From contig NZ_CP042911.1 of the NCBI RefSeq assembly GCF_008065095.1, positions 3,240,001 to 3,272,000 on the forward strand: DNA of 32,000 nucleotides, in the 5' to 3' direction. The number at the start of each line of letters is the position of its first letter. Within the stretch, counting starts at the first letter, position 1. The notes under the pieces are model-generated. The model was given only the letters and a program-made list of their open reading frames with translations, made no database searches and had not been told where the DNA came from. Shown piece by piece: positions 10,188-18,216 of this stretch. Position numbers and translations under genes: made by a program. The DNA comes from Gemmata obscuriglobus (GTDB taxonomy: Bacteria; Planctomycetota; Planctomycetia; Gemmatales; Gemmataceae).

Positions 10188-11759
10188 TTACTTCGCGTCT
10201 CGTTCGGCGGTGGGCTTGGCTGCGGCTGCGGGGACCGGTGCCGCCTTCCGGGCGGCCGCCACGATGGGCTCCGGGTACACGCCGAAGAACAGCGTTCCCC
10301 CGGCCAGCGCCATACTTGCCAGGAAGGTCGGCACCGCGCGAGAACGGCTCGGGGTGCGGAGCGGCGTGCGCAGGTACATCACCCCGATCACCCGCAGGTA
10401 GTAGTAGGCCCCGATCGCAGAGTTGATCGCCGCGATCACCGCCATCACCTGATACAGGTTCCGCATCACCGGCGTCCCGTTCGGGGCGCTGAACGCGCCG
10501 ACGAACAACAGCAGTTTGCCCGCGAACCCGGCCGTCAGCGGCAGCCCGATCAGGCTGAACAGGAAGACCGTCATGGCCGCCGCGGAGATCGGGTGCGCCT
10601 GGCCCGCCCCGGCCAGGTCCTCGATTGCTTCCACCGGCCGGTCCGGGGGGCTTAGAAACAGGATCACGGCGAAGGCGCCGATGGTCATCATCCCGTAAGC
10701 CGCGAGGTAGACGAGGACCGCATCAATCCCGCCCACATCGGGCCGGCCGGCCGCGTCGGGGAGCGAACTCGCGATCACCAGACCCATCAGCATGTACCCG
10801 CCGTGCGCCACGCTCGAATACGCCAGCATCCGGCGCACGTTGTCCTGGAGCAGGGCGAGCGCGTTCCCGACGCACATCGTCAGCGCGGCCAAGATCCAGA
10901 GCAGCAGCGGGAGCTGTGTGGCGGAGTCGAACGGCAGGTGCTTCACGTCGGCGCCGAGGAGCCCCAGCACACGCGCCAGAGCGACGAACCCGGCGACCTT
11001 CGGGAAGAACGCGAGTTGGGCCACCACGCCGGCCGGCGCGCCCTCGTAGACGTCCGGGGCGTAGAAATGGAACGGCACCGCGGTGATCCGGAACCCGAAC
11101 GCCGCAATCACCAGCACAATGCCCACCAACGCCATCGGGTTCAGCGCGTCGGCGTGGGCCTTCGTGAGCGAGTCGGTGATGACGGTGAGGTTCGTGCTGC
11201 CGGTCAGCCCGTAAAGGTAGCTGAACCCGAACAGCATGAGCGCCGACGACATCACGCTGAGCAGAAAGTACTTCGCGGCGGCTTCCTGGTTCAGCTTGTT
11301 GCGCGCCGGCAGGTACAGCAGGACGTACGTCGGGATGGACAGCATCTCGAGCGCGAGGAACAGCGTCACGAGGTCGTTCGCTCTCGCCACCAGCGACACC
11401 CCGGCGCCGGCGACCAGCAGGCACCCGTAGTACTCGGAGGCGTTCGTGCGGTCCACCTCGCCCCACGACACGAACAGCAGAACGAACACGCTGATGAGGC
11501 TCATCCACCGCACGAACGCCGCAGTGCCGTCCGGAACCAGCGGGGCCGCGGTGAGCAGTTCGGGGGCGGGTGCGTCCAACACGCCCCCGAGCACCGCGGC
11601 CAGCACCACACCGAGCAGCGACACCGTGAACCACAGCCAACGGCGGTTGTAAAGGCACCCGAACAGGAACACGGCGCACGCGGTCGCGACGAGCGCGATC
11701 TCCGGCACCGCGAGCCGGAACACACCCGTAAGCGTCTGTTTCAGGAGCGGATCGGTCAT
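10188..11759 (-). CDS. nuoN: NADH-quinone oxidoreductase subunit N
   Basis: Polytopic antiporter-like protein, last gene of the nuo cluster. Carries ND2/NuoN-type motifs: LFLALEMLSIPTYVLL, FHFYAPDVYEGAP, MLAYSSVAHGGYML. Confidence 0.85.
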   Translation of the reverse strand: MTDPLLKQTLTGVFRLAVPEIALVATACAVFLFGCLYNRRWLWFTVSLLGVVLAAVLGGVLDAPAPELLTAAPLVPDGTAAFVRWMSLISVFVLLFVSWGEVDRTNASEYYGCLLVAGAGVSLVARANDLVTLFLALEMLSIPTYVLLYLPARNKLNQEAAAKYFLLSVMSSALMLFGFSYLYGLTGSTNLTVITDSLTKAHADALNPMALVGIVLVIAAFGFRITAVPFHFYAPDVYEGAPAGVVAQLAFFPKVAGFVALARVLGLLGADVKHLPFDSATQLPLLLWILAALTMCVGNALALLQDNVRRMLAYSSVAHGGYMLMGLVIASSLPDAAGRPDVGGIDAVLVYLAAYGMMTIGAFAVILFLSPPDRPVEAIEDLAGAGQAHPISAAAMTVFLFSLIGLPLTAGFAGKLLLFVGAFSAPNGTPVMRNLYQVMAVIAAINSAIGAYYYLRVIGVMYLRTPLRTPSRSRAVPTFLASMALAGGTLFFGVYPEPIVAAARKAAPVPAAAAKPTAERDAK

Positions 11760-11808
11760 TGGGGTTGCTGTCGTGTCGGGTGTGACGAGCCGCGACCGGC
11801 TCCGGTTA

Positions 11809-11828
11809 GCGCGCTGCCGCGAGCGCGC
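11809..11828 (-). other. GC-rich stem-loop in the nuoM-nuoN spacer
   Basis: gcgcgct-gccgcg-agcgcgc gives a 7-bp stem and 6-nt loop, 14 nt after the nuoM stop (11843-11845). Confidence 0.4.
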
Positions 11829-11842
11829 CGCCTTCGCTACCG

Positions 11843-13750
11843 CTACTCTTTCGCGCCGGGGCCTTTACCGTTACCGGCGGCTTTGCCTTTAGCCGCGCCT
11901 TTGCCGTTACCGGCGCCCTTCTCTTGCCCGCCCTTAAGAATCGGCTCGAGCAGTTGTGGCCGCTCAACCGGCGGCGACGGGCGGGCGGCCGGGGCTTCGT
12001 CGTCGACATACACGAACGGCACGCCCTGCACGCGGGCGCGGGCCGCGTCGCCCACGATCGACAACTTCCGGACGTCTTGCTTCATCGCGTCCAGCAGGGG
12101 CTGGGGGAGCAGGCCGAGCACGAGACACAGCGCGGCGAGGGACCCGAACGCGAAGAACTCGCGCCGGGACACGTCGCCCGCCGGTGCCTCGGGTGCGGCC
12201 CGCTCCGGCTCCTTCAGCGGGTTAAAGAACACCGCCCGGAGCATGGTGAACACGTACCACGCGCTCAGGAAGATGCCGGTCGCCGCGACGACCGCCAGGG
12301 CGAGGCTCTTGAGACCGGGGCTCCGCGCGTCGAACAGCCCGGCCAGCATCATCATTTCGCTGACGAAGTTGTTCAGCCCGGGCAACCCGACGCTCGCCAG
12401 CGCCAGCGCGAAGAACAGGATCGCGAAGTTCGGGTAGCGGCCCATGAGGCCGCCGAACTTGGCGATGTCGGTGGTCCGGTACCGGTCCATCAGGAAGCCG
12501 AGCGAGGCGAACAGCGCCCCTGTGCTCAGCCCGTGGTTCACCATGTGCAGCGCGGAACCGGCTAGGCCCTCGCGGTTGAACGCGAACAGCCCGAGCACCA
12601 GGAACCCCAGGTGCGAAACCGAACTGTACGCGATGACCAGCTTCATGTCTTTGGACGCGTAGGCGCACAGGGCCGCGTACACGATTCCGAACGCCGCGAA
12701 CCCGCCGATCACCGGCAGGCCGTACTGGATCGCCGCGTCGGGCACGAGCGGCAGCACCAACCGCAAGATGCCGAACGTCCCGAGTTTCGCCATCAGCGCC
12801 GACAGCAGCATGGTGACGCCGGTCGGCGCCTCACCGTAAGCCGACGGGAGCCACGTGTGAAACGGCCAGATGGGCACCTTCACCATGAAGCCGGCCATCA
12901 GCGCCAGGAACAGCCAGAACTGCGTCTGGTGCTTGGCGGCCAGCGCGGAACCGTCGCCCGCGAGCGCCTTCAGGTGCGCCGCGTGCATCCCTTCCTGCAC
13001 GTTCGCCATCAGCTTCGGGATGGAGAACGTGATCGTGCCGTCCTCGCTCGGGTTGGTCAGCACCACGCCGATCACCCCCACGAGGGTGAGCAGGCTTCCG
13101 GCCAGGGTGTACAGGAAGAACTTGCGGGCGGCGTCGCGGCGGGCCGAGGTCGCCCCCCAGTTACCGATGAGGAAGAAGGACGGGATCAGCGTGAGTTCGA
13201 AGAAGACGTAAAAAAGCACCACATCGAACGATAGAAACGCGCCGATGACGCCGGCCTGCAGCACGAACAGCCACCCGTAAAACGCGCCCGGGCGGTGCTG
13301 CACCGATTCCCACGATACCAGAATGACCGGCACCAGCATGACGCTGGCCAGCGCGACGAGCCACAGGTTCAGCCCGTCGACGCCGAGGTAGAACTGGACG
13401 TTCGGCCCCGTGGTGCCGCGGGCCGTCGGCTTGCCCGAGAGGCTCAACACGGTCCAGGTGGTGCGCCCGTCGGTGCCGTTCCCGGACGAGCCGGCGGAGT
13501 CGCCGGGGACGAACTCGGGGCTGAAGTGCAGCGAACCGATGTCGCCGTTCAGCCGCGGGTCGGTGTTGCGCTGGGTGAGCCACGCGCCCGCGTAAATGAC
13601 GACCGCCCCGGTAACCCCGAGGTGCAGTAACGCCAGGAGCAGCGCAACCCGGCGCGCGACCCGACCGAACGCCGGCACCACCACCGCCGACACGAGCGGC
13701 AGCAGCACCAGCAGCAGGACCAGCACGCTAACGACGGCGTATTCAGACAT
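11843..13750 (-). CDS. nuoM: NADH-quinone oxidoreductase subunit M, with an enlarged TM2-TM3 loop and a ~90-aa C-terminal extension ending in a Lys/Gly-rich tail
   Basis: ND4/NuoM motifs are present: YLGVDGLNLWLVALAS, WLPSAYGEAPTGVTMLLSALMAKLGTFGILR, IAYSSVSHLGFLVLG. The tail is ...GGQEKGAGNGKGAAKGKAAGNGKGPGAKE. Confidence 0.9.
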   Translation of the reverse strand: MSEYAVVSVLVLLLVLLPLVSAVVVPAFGRVARRVALLLALLHLGVTGAVVIYAGAWLTQRNTDPRLNGDIGSLHFSPEFVPGDSAGSSGNGTDGRTTWTVLSLSGKPTARGTTGPNVQFYLGVDGLNLWLVALASVMLVPVILVSWESVQHRPGAFYGWLFVLQAGVIGAFLSFDVVLFYVFFELTLIPSFFLIGNWGATSARRDAARKFFLYTLAGSLLTLVGVIGVVLTNPSEDGTITFSIPKLMANVQEGMHAAHLKALAGDGSALAAKHQTQFWLFLALMAGFMVKVPIWPFHTWLPSAYGEAPTGVTMLLSALMAKLGTFGILRLVLPLVPDAAIQYGLPVIGGFAAFGIVYAALCAYASKDMKLVIAYSSVSHLGFLVLGLFAFNREGLAGSALHMVNHGLSTGALFASLGFLMDRYRTTDIAKFGGLMGRYPNFAILFFALALASVGLPGLNNFVSEMMMLAGLFDARSPGLKSLALAVVAATGIFLSAWYVFTMLRAVFFNPLKEPERAAPEAPAGDVSRREFFAFGSLAALCLVLGLLPQPLLDAMKQDVRKLSIVGDAARARVQGVPFVYVDDEAPAARPSPPVERPQLLEPILKGGQEKGAGNGKGAAKGKAAGNGKGPGAKE

Positions 13751-13758
13751 CAGTCTTT

Positions 13759-13841
13759 AGTGCGGGGTGCGGAACACGGGGGCCAGAGTGAAAACGACGA
13801 CGAGTCTTCAACTCCGCGTCCCGTGTCCCACACCCCGCACT
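13759..13841 (-). repeat. intercistronic inverted repeat (22-nt arms, 20/22 complementary, 39-nt loop) between nuoL and nuoM
   Basis: Left arm agtgcggggtgcggaacacggg (13759-13780). Right arm cccgtgtcccacaccccgcact (13820-13841). The right arm ends 2 nt from the nuoL stop (13844-13846), and the left arm starts 8 nt before the nuoM ATG (13750). Confidence 0.7.
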
Positions 13842-13843
13842 TC

Positions 13844-15802
13844 CTAGCGGGTGATTCGGAACACGACAAACGTCAGAAACACGGCCACTCCCAGGGCCAT
13901 CGACAGAGCGTAGAACTGCACGAGGCCGTTCTGGATCGGGCGCACGAGGTGCCCGAGGAACTGCGGGATCGCGGCGATCAACCGCGTCAGGGCGTCGAGG
14001 AACCCGTCGAACACGCGGGCCAGGAACGCCAGGACGTTGGACGGCGCGACCAGCACCGCGCCGTACAACTCGTCCACGTACAACTTGTCGCGGGACGCTT
14101 TGAACACCCCGTTCATCCCGAACGGCACCTTGTCGGCGCCGCCATTGCGGTACAGCACGAACGCGAGGCCGATGCCGCTCAGCGCCAGGGCCGCACTGAT
14201 GCCCGCCATGACCCAGTTGAAGTGGTGTGGCACCTCCTTCGCCGGGGTCAGCCCCCGCGAAGAAGCTATGGTCTGCGTTGCGCCCACGAAGTCACTGAAC
14301 CAGTGGGTGAAGGGCTCGACCACCGCGCCCACCGCCAGCGCGCCGACGGCCAGCACGACCAGCGGAATCGTCATGGACGGCGGCGATTCGTGGGCGTGGT
14401 GCCCGGCCTCGTGGGGGATCTTCTCTGGCCCCCAGAACGTCAGGAAGTACGCCCTGAACGTGTAGAAGGCCGTGAGGAACGCCGTGGTGCACGCCACCAG
14501 GAACAGCGCGAAGTAGCCGGCGGTGTAGCGGCTCCCGGTCTCGCTCGCCTCCAGCAGCGATTCGAGGATCAGATCCTTGCTCCAGAAGCCCGACAGGAGC
14601 GGCACCCCGGCCAGCGCCCCGGCGCCGCACAGGAACGTCAGGTGGGTGATCGGCATCACCTTGCGGAGCCCGCCGAACTGGCGCACGTCGATCACGCCGC
14701 CCATCCCGTGCATCACGCTCCCGGCCGCGAGGAACAGCAGGGCCTTGAAGAACGCGTGGGTGAACAAGTGGAACATCGCGGCCACGACCGCGAACTTCGG
14801 GTCGATCGTGCCGCTCGTGCCCAGGGCCAGGAACAGGAACCCGAGCTGGCTGACGGTCGAGTACGCCAGCACCCGTTTCAGGTCGGTCTGGGCGAGCGCG
14901 ATGAAGGCGGCCAGGATCGCCGTGATCCCGCCGACCCAAGACACGACGATTTGTGCGTCCGGGGCCATCGCGAACAGCGGCGAGCACCGGGCCAGCAGGT
15001 AGACGCCCGCCGTCACCATCGTGGCCGCGTGGATGAGCGCGGACACCGGCGTCGGACCTTCCATCGCGTCCGGCAGCCACACGTACAGCGGGAACTGGGC
15101 GCTCTTGCCGACGGCGCCGCAGAACAGCAGTAGGCAGGCCGTTGTGAGCTGCCACTGCTCCGGCGGGTGGCGCTGAATGTGATCGAACAGCAGGTTCAGG
15201 TCGGTGTGCCACCCGCCGAGCTTCCACAGCAGGAAGATACCCAGCAGGAACCCCGTGTCCCCGATGCGCGTGACCAAAAACGCTTTACGCGCGGCGGTCG
15301 CGGCGCTCGGCTTCTCGAAGTAGTACCCCACTAGGAGGTAGGAACAAAGGCCCACTCCCTCCCAGAACGCCACGAGCAGCAGGAAGTTGTTCGCGAGCAC
15401 CAGCCCGCACATGCTGAACACGAACAGCGACATCACCGCGAAGAACCGGGCGAACCCGCCGTCGCCGTGCATGTACCCGCTCGCGAACAGCGCGATCCAC
15501 GTGGCGATGAACGTGATCATCGACAGCATCATCGCCGAGAGTGGGTCGACGGCGATCGTGAACCGGACGTTCAGGTGCCCGGCCGCGAACCACGTCACCG
15601 GCTCGGAAAAGGTCGCGGCGTTGCCGCCGTCCATCACCTTCGTGAGGAGCAACAGCGCGATCACCGCCGCGCTGCCGCACGCCAGTATCAGCGGGACGTG
15701 CGCGAACTTCTTCAGCGGCGTGTACGCCAGCAGGGCGGCCAGCAGGCTCGCCGACAGCGGGAGCGCGAGAACGATGAGGGCGAGGGTGATCGGATCAGAC
15801 AC
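13844..15802 (-). CDS. nuoL: NADH-quinone oxidoreductase subunit L
   Basis: ND5/NuoL motifs are present: FWEGVGLCSYLLVGYY, WLPDAMEGPTPVSALIHAATMVTAGVYLL, LAYSTVSQLGFLFLALG. Start placed at GTG 15802, 6 nt after GGAGGAGG (15816-15809). The longer ORF-track N-terminus is Arg-rich and overlaps nuoK. Confidence 0.9.
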   Translation of the reverse strand: MSDPITLALIVLALPLSASLLAALLAYTPLKKFAHVPLILACGSAAVIALLLLTKVMDGGNAATFSEPVTWFAAGHLNVRFTIAVDPLSAMMLSMITFIATWIALFASGYMHGDGGFARFFAVMSLFVFSMCGLVLANNFLLLVAFWEGVGLCSYLLVGYYFEKPSAATAARKAFLVTRIGDTGFLLGIFLLWKLGGWHTDLNLLFDHIQRHPPEQWQLTTACLLLFCGAVGKSAQFPLYVWLPDAMEGPTPVSALIHAATMVTAGVYLLARCSPLFAMAPDAQIVVSWVGGITAILAAFIALAQTDLKRVLAYSTVSQLGFLFLALGTSGTIDPKFAVVAAMFHLFTHAFFKALLFLAAGSVMHGMGGVIDVRQFGGLRKVMPITHLTFLCGAGALAGVPLLSGFWSKDLILESLLEASETGSRYTAGYFALFLVACTTAFLTAFYTFRAYFLTFWGPEKIPHEAGHHAHESPPSMTIPLVVLAVGALAVGAVVEPFTHWFSDFVGATQTIASSRGLTPAKEVPHHFNWVMAGISAALALSGIGLAFVLYRNGGADKVPFGMNGVFKASRDKLYVDELYGAVLVAPSNVLAFLARVFDGFLDALTRLIAAIPQFLGHLVRPIQNGLVQFYALSMALGVAVFLTFVVFRITR

Positions 15803-16220
15803 GGGCCACCTCCTCCGCGGTCGGCTGGGGGCGGGCGCCCGCGGGGGTGAGCGTCGGGTCCGGCTCTTCGACCGGACGGACGAGCGGGTCGGCGTCCATC
15901 GCCAGCGGCGTGCCGAGTTCACGCAGGTCCTGCAGGTCCGTCACGTCGAGCGACCGCTGCCGGCGCCAGAGGCTGACGAAGAGTGCCAGCGCGATCCCGG
16001 CCTCGCACGCGGCGACCGCCAGGATGAACATCACGAACACCTGACCGTCGAGGTTCCCGTGGTACCGCGCGAACGCGACGAAGTTGATCGCCACGCCCTG
16101 CAGCATCATTTCTGCGCACAGGAACATGGTGATGAGGTTCCGCCGGGTCAGGAACCCGACCAGCCCGATGCCGAAAAGGGCCGCGGCGACGGCCAGGAAG
16201 TGCCAGAGCGTGATGGTCAC
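15795..16220 (-). CDS. nuoK: NADH-quinone oxidoreductase subunit K with a ~40-aa C-terminal extension
   Basis: ND4L/NuoK pattern: LITMFLCAEMMLQGVAINFVAF...LAVAACEAGIALALFVSLWR. The GTG start overlaps the nuoJ stop as GTGA. Confidence 0.85.
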   Translation of the reverse strand: MTITLWHFLAVAAALFGIGLVGFLTRRNLITMFLCAEMMLQGVAINFVAFARYHGNLDGQVFVMFILAVAACEAGIALALFVSLWRRQRSLDVTDLQDLRELGTPLAMDADPLVRPVEEPDPTLTPAGARPQPTAEEVARV

Positions 16221-17449
16221 TGCGCGCCCCCTTTGCGGTGGGTGATCGCGACCGCGCCGATGACCGCGACCAGCAGCAGCGTGCCGGCCAGCTCGACGGC
16301 TAGAAGATGTTGCGAGTACAACACGAACCCCAGGTTGCGAACGTTGCCGGCCGGCAGGTCGGCGGACCCGCGGAGCAACAGGACCTCTTCGCGGAGCTTC
16401 CGGACCGCGGCCTTGGCGCCGTCCCTCGTGTCCGGCGCCGCACCGGAGCTCATGAGCCGCTCGACCTCGCCGAGCGTGCCGGCACTCGTCTTGCGGACCG
16501 ATCCGGCTCGGGCCAGCGCCTCGCGGGCCTGCTGGTCCGCGCGGGCCAGCGCCGCTCCGGTGCCGGTGAGACGCTTGAGCGGCGGGTCGAGCCGTTCCCG
16601 AATCGACCCGCTTTCAACCCGACCGGCTTCGTCCGCCACCGCGCTGGTTCGGGCCTGCACACCGGCGCCGATTTTGACGCCGCCGACGACCGGCACCAGG
16701 CTGTCGTTCTTGATCGAACGGTACGCGGTCTCGAACTCCTCGGTCCGCTTGTCGCGCTCGGTCGCGGTGCTCAGGTCGCCGTCGAAGATCTTTTCGGCCT
16801 CTTCCAGCCGCGCGGCGGCTTCGCCCAGCGCCCGGTGCTCCTCGGCGGTGACGACCTGCGTCAGCAGCCGGGCGTGCGGGGCCGTTTCGTCCTCGCCGGG
16901 CTTCGGTCTCTGGCTGGTTTGGTAGAGGGTGAACAGCACCAGCCCGACGAACGCGAACCCGGCGAAGCTGCCGTACAGGGGCTCGCGGGTGCGGTCGTTC
17001 TCGTTCGACGTGCCGGCCTGGGACAGCATCAGCACGAACAGGAACGTCACGATGATCGCGCCGGCGTAGATGATGACGGTCGCCGCCATCAGGAACGGGG
17101 CCGCGAGGAGCAGGAACAGCCCGCACACGCTGAGGATCACGAACGCGAACGCGATCGCGCCGCGGGCCGGGTTCTTCTGCACCACGAGCACCGTGCCGAA
17201 GACCAGCGCCCCGGCCGAGAACAGCCAGAACAGCGCGGTGCCGATCACGTCCGGCATCGGGCGGCCGAACGTGGAGACGAGCCACGCGACCAGCACCGCG
17301 GTGGAGCCTATGAGGGCCGCGATGCCGCCGGGTACGAACCGCCCCCGCGGCCGCGGCAGCAGCAGGTAGAACCCGACGACACCGAGCAGCGCGGCAAGGG
17401 CCAGTTGCCCGCCGGCTTGCTGCGTCGAACTGAGCGCGAGCAGGTTCAT
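16217..17449 (-). CDS. nuoJ: NADH-quinone oxidoreductase subunit J, enlarged to 410 aa by an extra N-terminal 2-TM segment and a ~190-aa insertion before the last TM
   Basis: The canonical ND6/NuoJ core is present: FWLFSAGALVFGTVLVVQKNPARGAIAFAFVILSVCGLFLLLAAPFLMAATVIIYAGAIIVTFLFVLML. So is the last helix: NLGFVLYSQHLLAVELAGTLLLVAVIGAVAI. A long hydrophilic, Ala/Arg/Glu-rich segment separates the two. Confidence 0.85.
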   Translation of the reverse strand: MNLLALSSTQQAGGQLALAALLGVVGFYLLLPRPRGRFVPGGIAALIGSTAVLVAWLVSTFGRPMPDVIGTALFWLFSAGALVFGTVLVVQKNPARGAIAFAFVILSVCGLFLLLAAPFLMAATVIIYAGAIIVTFLFVLMLSQAGTSNENDRTREPLYGSFAGFAFVGLVLFTLYQTSQRPKPGEDETAPHARLLTQVVTAEEHRALGEAAARLEEAEKIFDGDLSTATERDKRTEEFETAYRSIKNDSLVPVVGGVKIGAGVQARTSAVADEAGRVESGSIRERLDPPLKRLTGTGAALARADQQAREALARAGSVRKTSAGTLGEVERLMSSGAAPDTRDGAKAAVRKLREEVLLLRGSADLPAGNVRNLGFVLYSQHLLAVELAGTLLLVAVIGAVAITHRKGGAQ

Positions 17450-17529
17450 GCGTAGTTCGTGATGGGTGTCACAAGCGTAACGACAATGGTATATGAGGCC
17501 GGGACCGCTTTCGGTAAGCGCGAAATCCG

Positions 17530-17554
17530 AACCGGGCGGTCACGCGCCCCGGTT
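17530..17554 (-). other. GC-rich stem-loop in the 137-nt nuoI-nuoJ spacer
   Basis: aaccggg (17530-17536) pairs with cccggtt (17548-17554). Two more C-G pairs lie inside with one bulge. Confidence 0.35.
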
Positions 17555-17586
17555 CCGGTTGCCGGGTTCCGACTTTCGCGGTCGCG

Positions 17587-18153
17587 TCAGGCGGGCGGGG
17601 CCTCGCTCGCCGGGCCGAGCTTGCCCGACTGCGTCCGCACCGGGTCGGTGCCCGCCTTGGTGGTGGTGTCGAACACGCTGAGCAGCTTCTCCTTGTCGAA
17701 CACCATCTGCTCGCGGCTCAGCCCGGTCAGGTCGTAGAGCGTTGTCAGCTCGATCGCGTCCACGGGGCACGCCTCCTCGCACATCCCGCAGTAGATGCAG
17801 CGCAGCTCGTCGATGACGAACGTCTCGGGGTACTTCTCGCGGCCGTCCTTCTGCCAGTCGGCCGGGGCCGGGGCGGCCACGATGTCGATGCAGTGGGCCG
17901 GGCACGCGGTGGCACACATGTAGCACGCCACGCACTTCACGCGGCCCGCGGCGTCGCGGTTGAGCCGGTGGACACCGCGGTAGTTCGGCGTCAGCTTCGG
18001 CTCCTGCTCGGGGTACTGCTCGGTGATCTTGGGCTTCACCATGTGCCCGAGCGTCGTCTTCAGCCCGGCGACGAGCGCGGGGATGTAGAGCTGCTCCCAC
18101 AGCCCGAGCTTGGCCTCTTCGACCCACGTCACGTCGTTCTCGGCGAGCGGCAT
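17587..18153 (-). CDS. nuoI: NADH-quinone oxidoreductase subunit I (2x[4Fe-4S] ferredoxin-type)
   Basis: Two CxxCxxCxxxCP motifs are present: CVACYMCATACP and CIYCGMCEEACP. Confidence 0.9.
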   Translation of the reverse strand: MPLAENDVTWVEEAKLGLWEQLYIPALVAGLKTTLGHMVKPKITEQYPEQEPKLTPNYRGVHRLNRDAAGRVKCVACYMCATACPAHCIDIVAAPAPADWQKDGREKYPETFVIDELRCIYCGMCEEACPVDAIELTTLYDLTGLSREQMVFDKEKLLSVFDTTTKAGTDPVRTQSGKLGPASEAPPA

Positions 18154-18172
18154 AAGGCACCGTGTCCTGACA

Positions 18173-18194
18173 CCCCGCCTGTCATGCGGCGGGG
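18173..18194 (-). other. GC-rich stem-loop in the nuoH-nuoI spacer
   Basis: ccccgcc-tgtcatgc-ggcgggg gives a 7-bp stem and 8-nt loop. Confidence 0.4.
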
Positions 18195-18216
18195 GCGATT
18201 CGGGGCGAGGAGCGGG

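Noticed and set aside
11861-11915. Two 19-nt direct repeats, considered as a possible tandem-repeat or CRISPR-like signal
   Set aside because: There are only two copies, they lie inside the nuoM coding sequence, and they encode the duplicated AGNGKG peptide. No CRISPR-like array exists anywhere in the window.
11806-12009. 67-aa minus-strand ORF overlapping the nuoM 3' end
   Set aside because: It is an off-frame reading of the Lys/Gly-rich nuoM tail and the spacer, not an independent gene.
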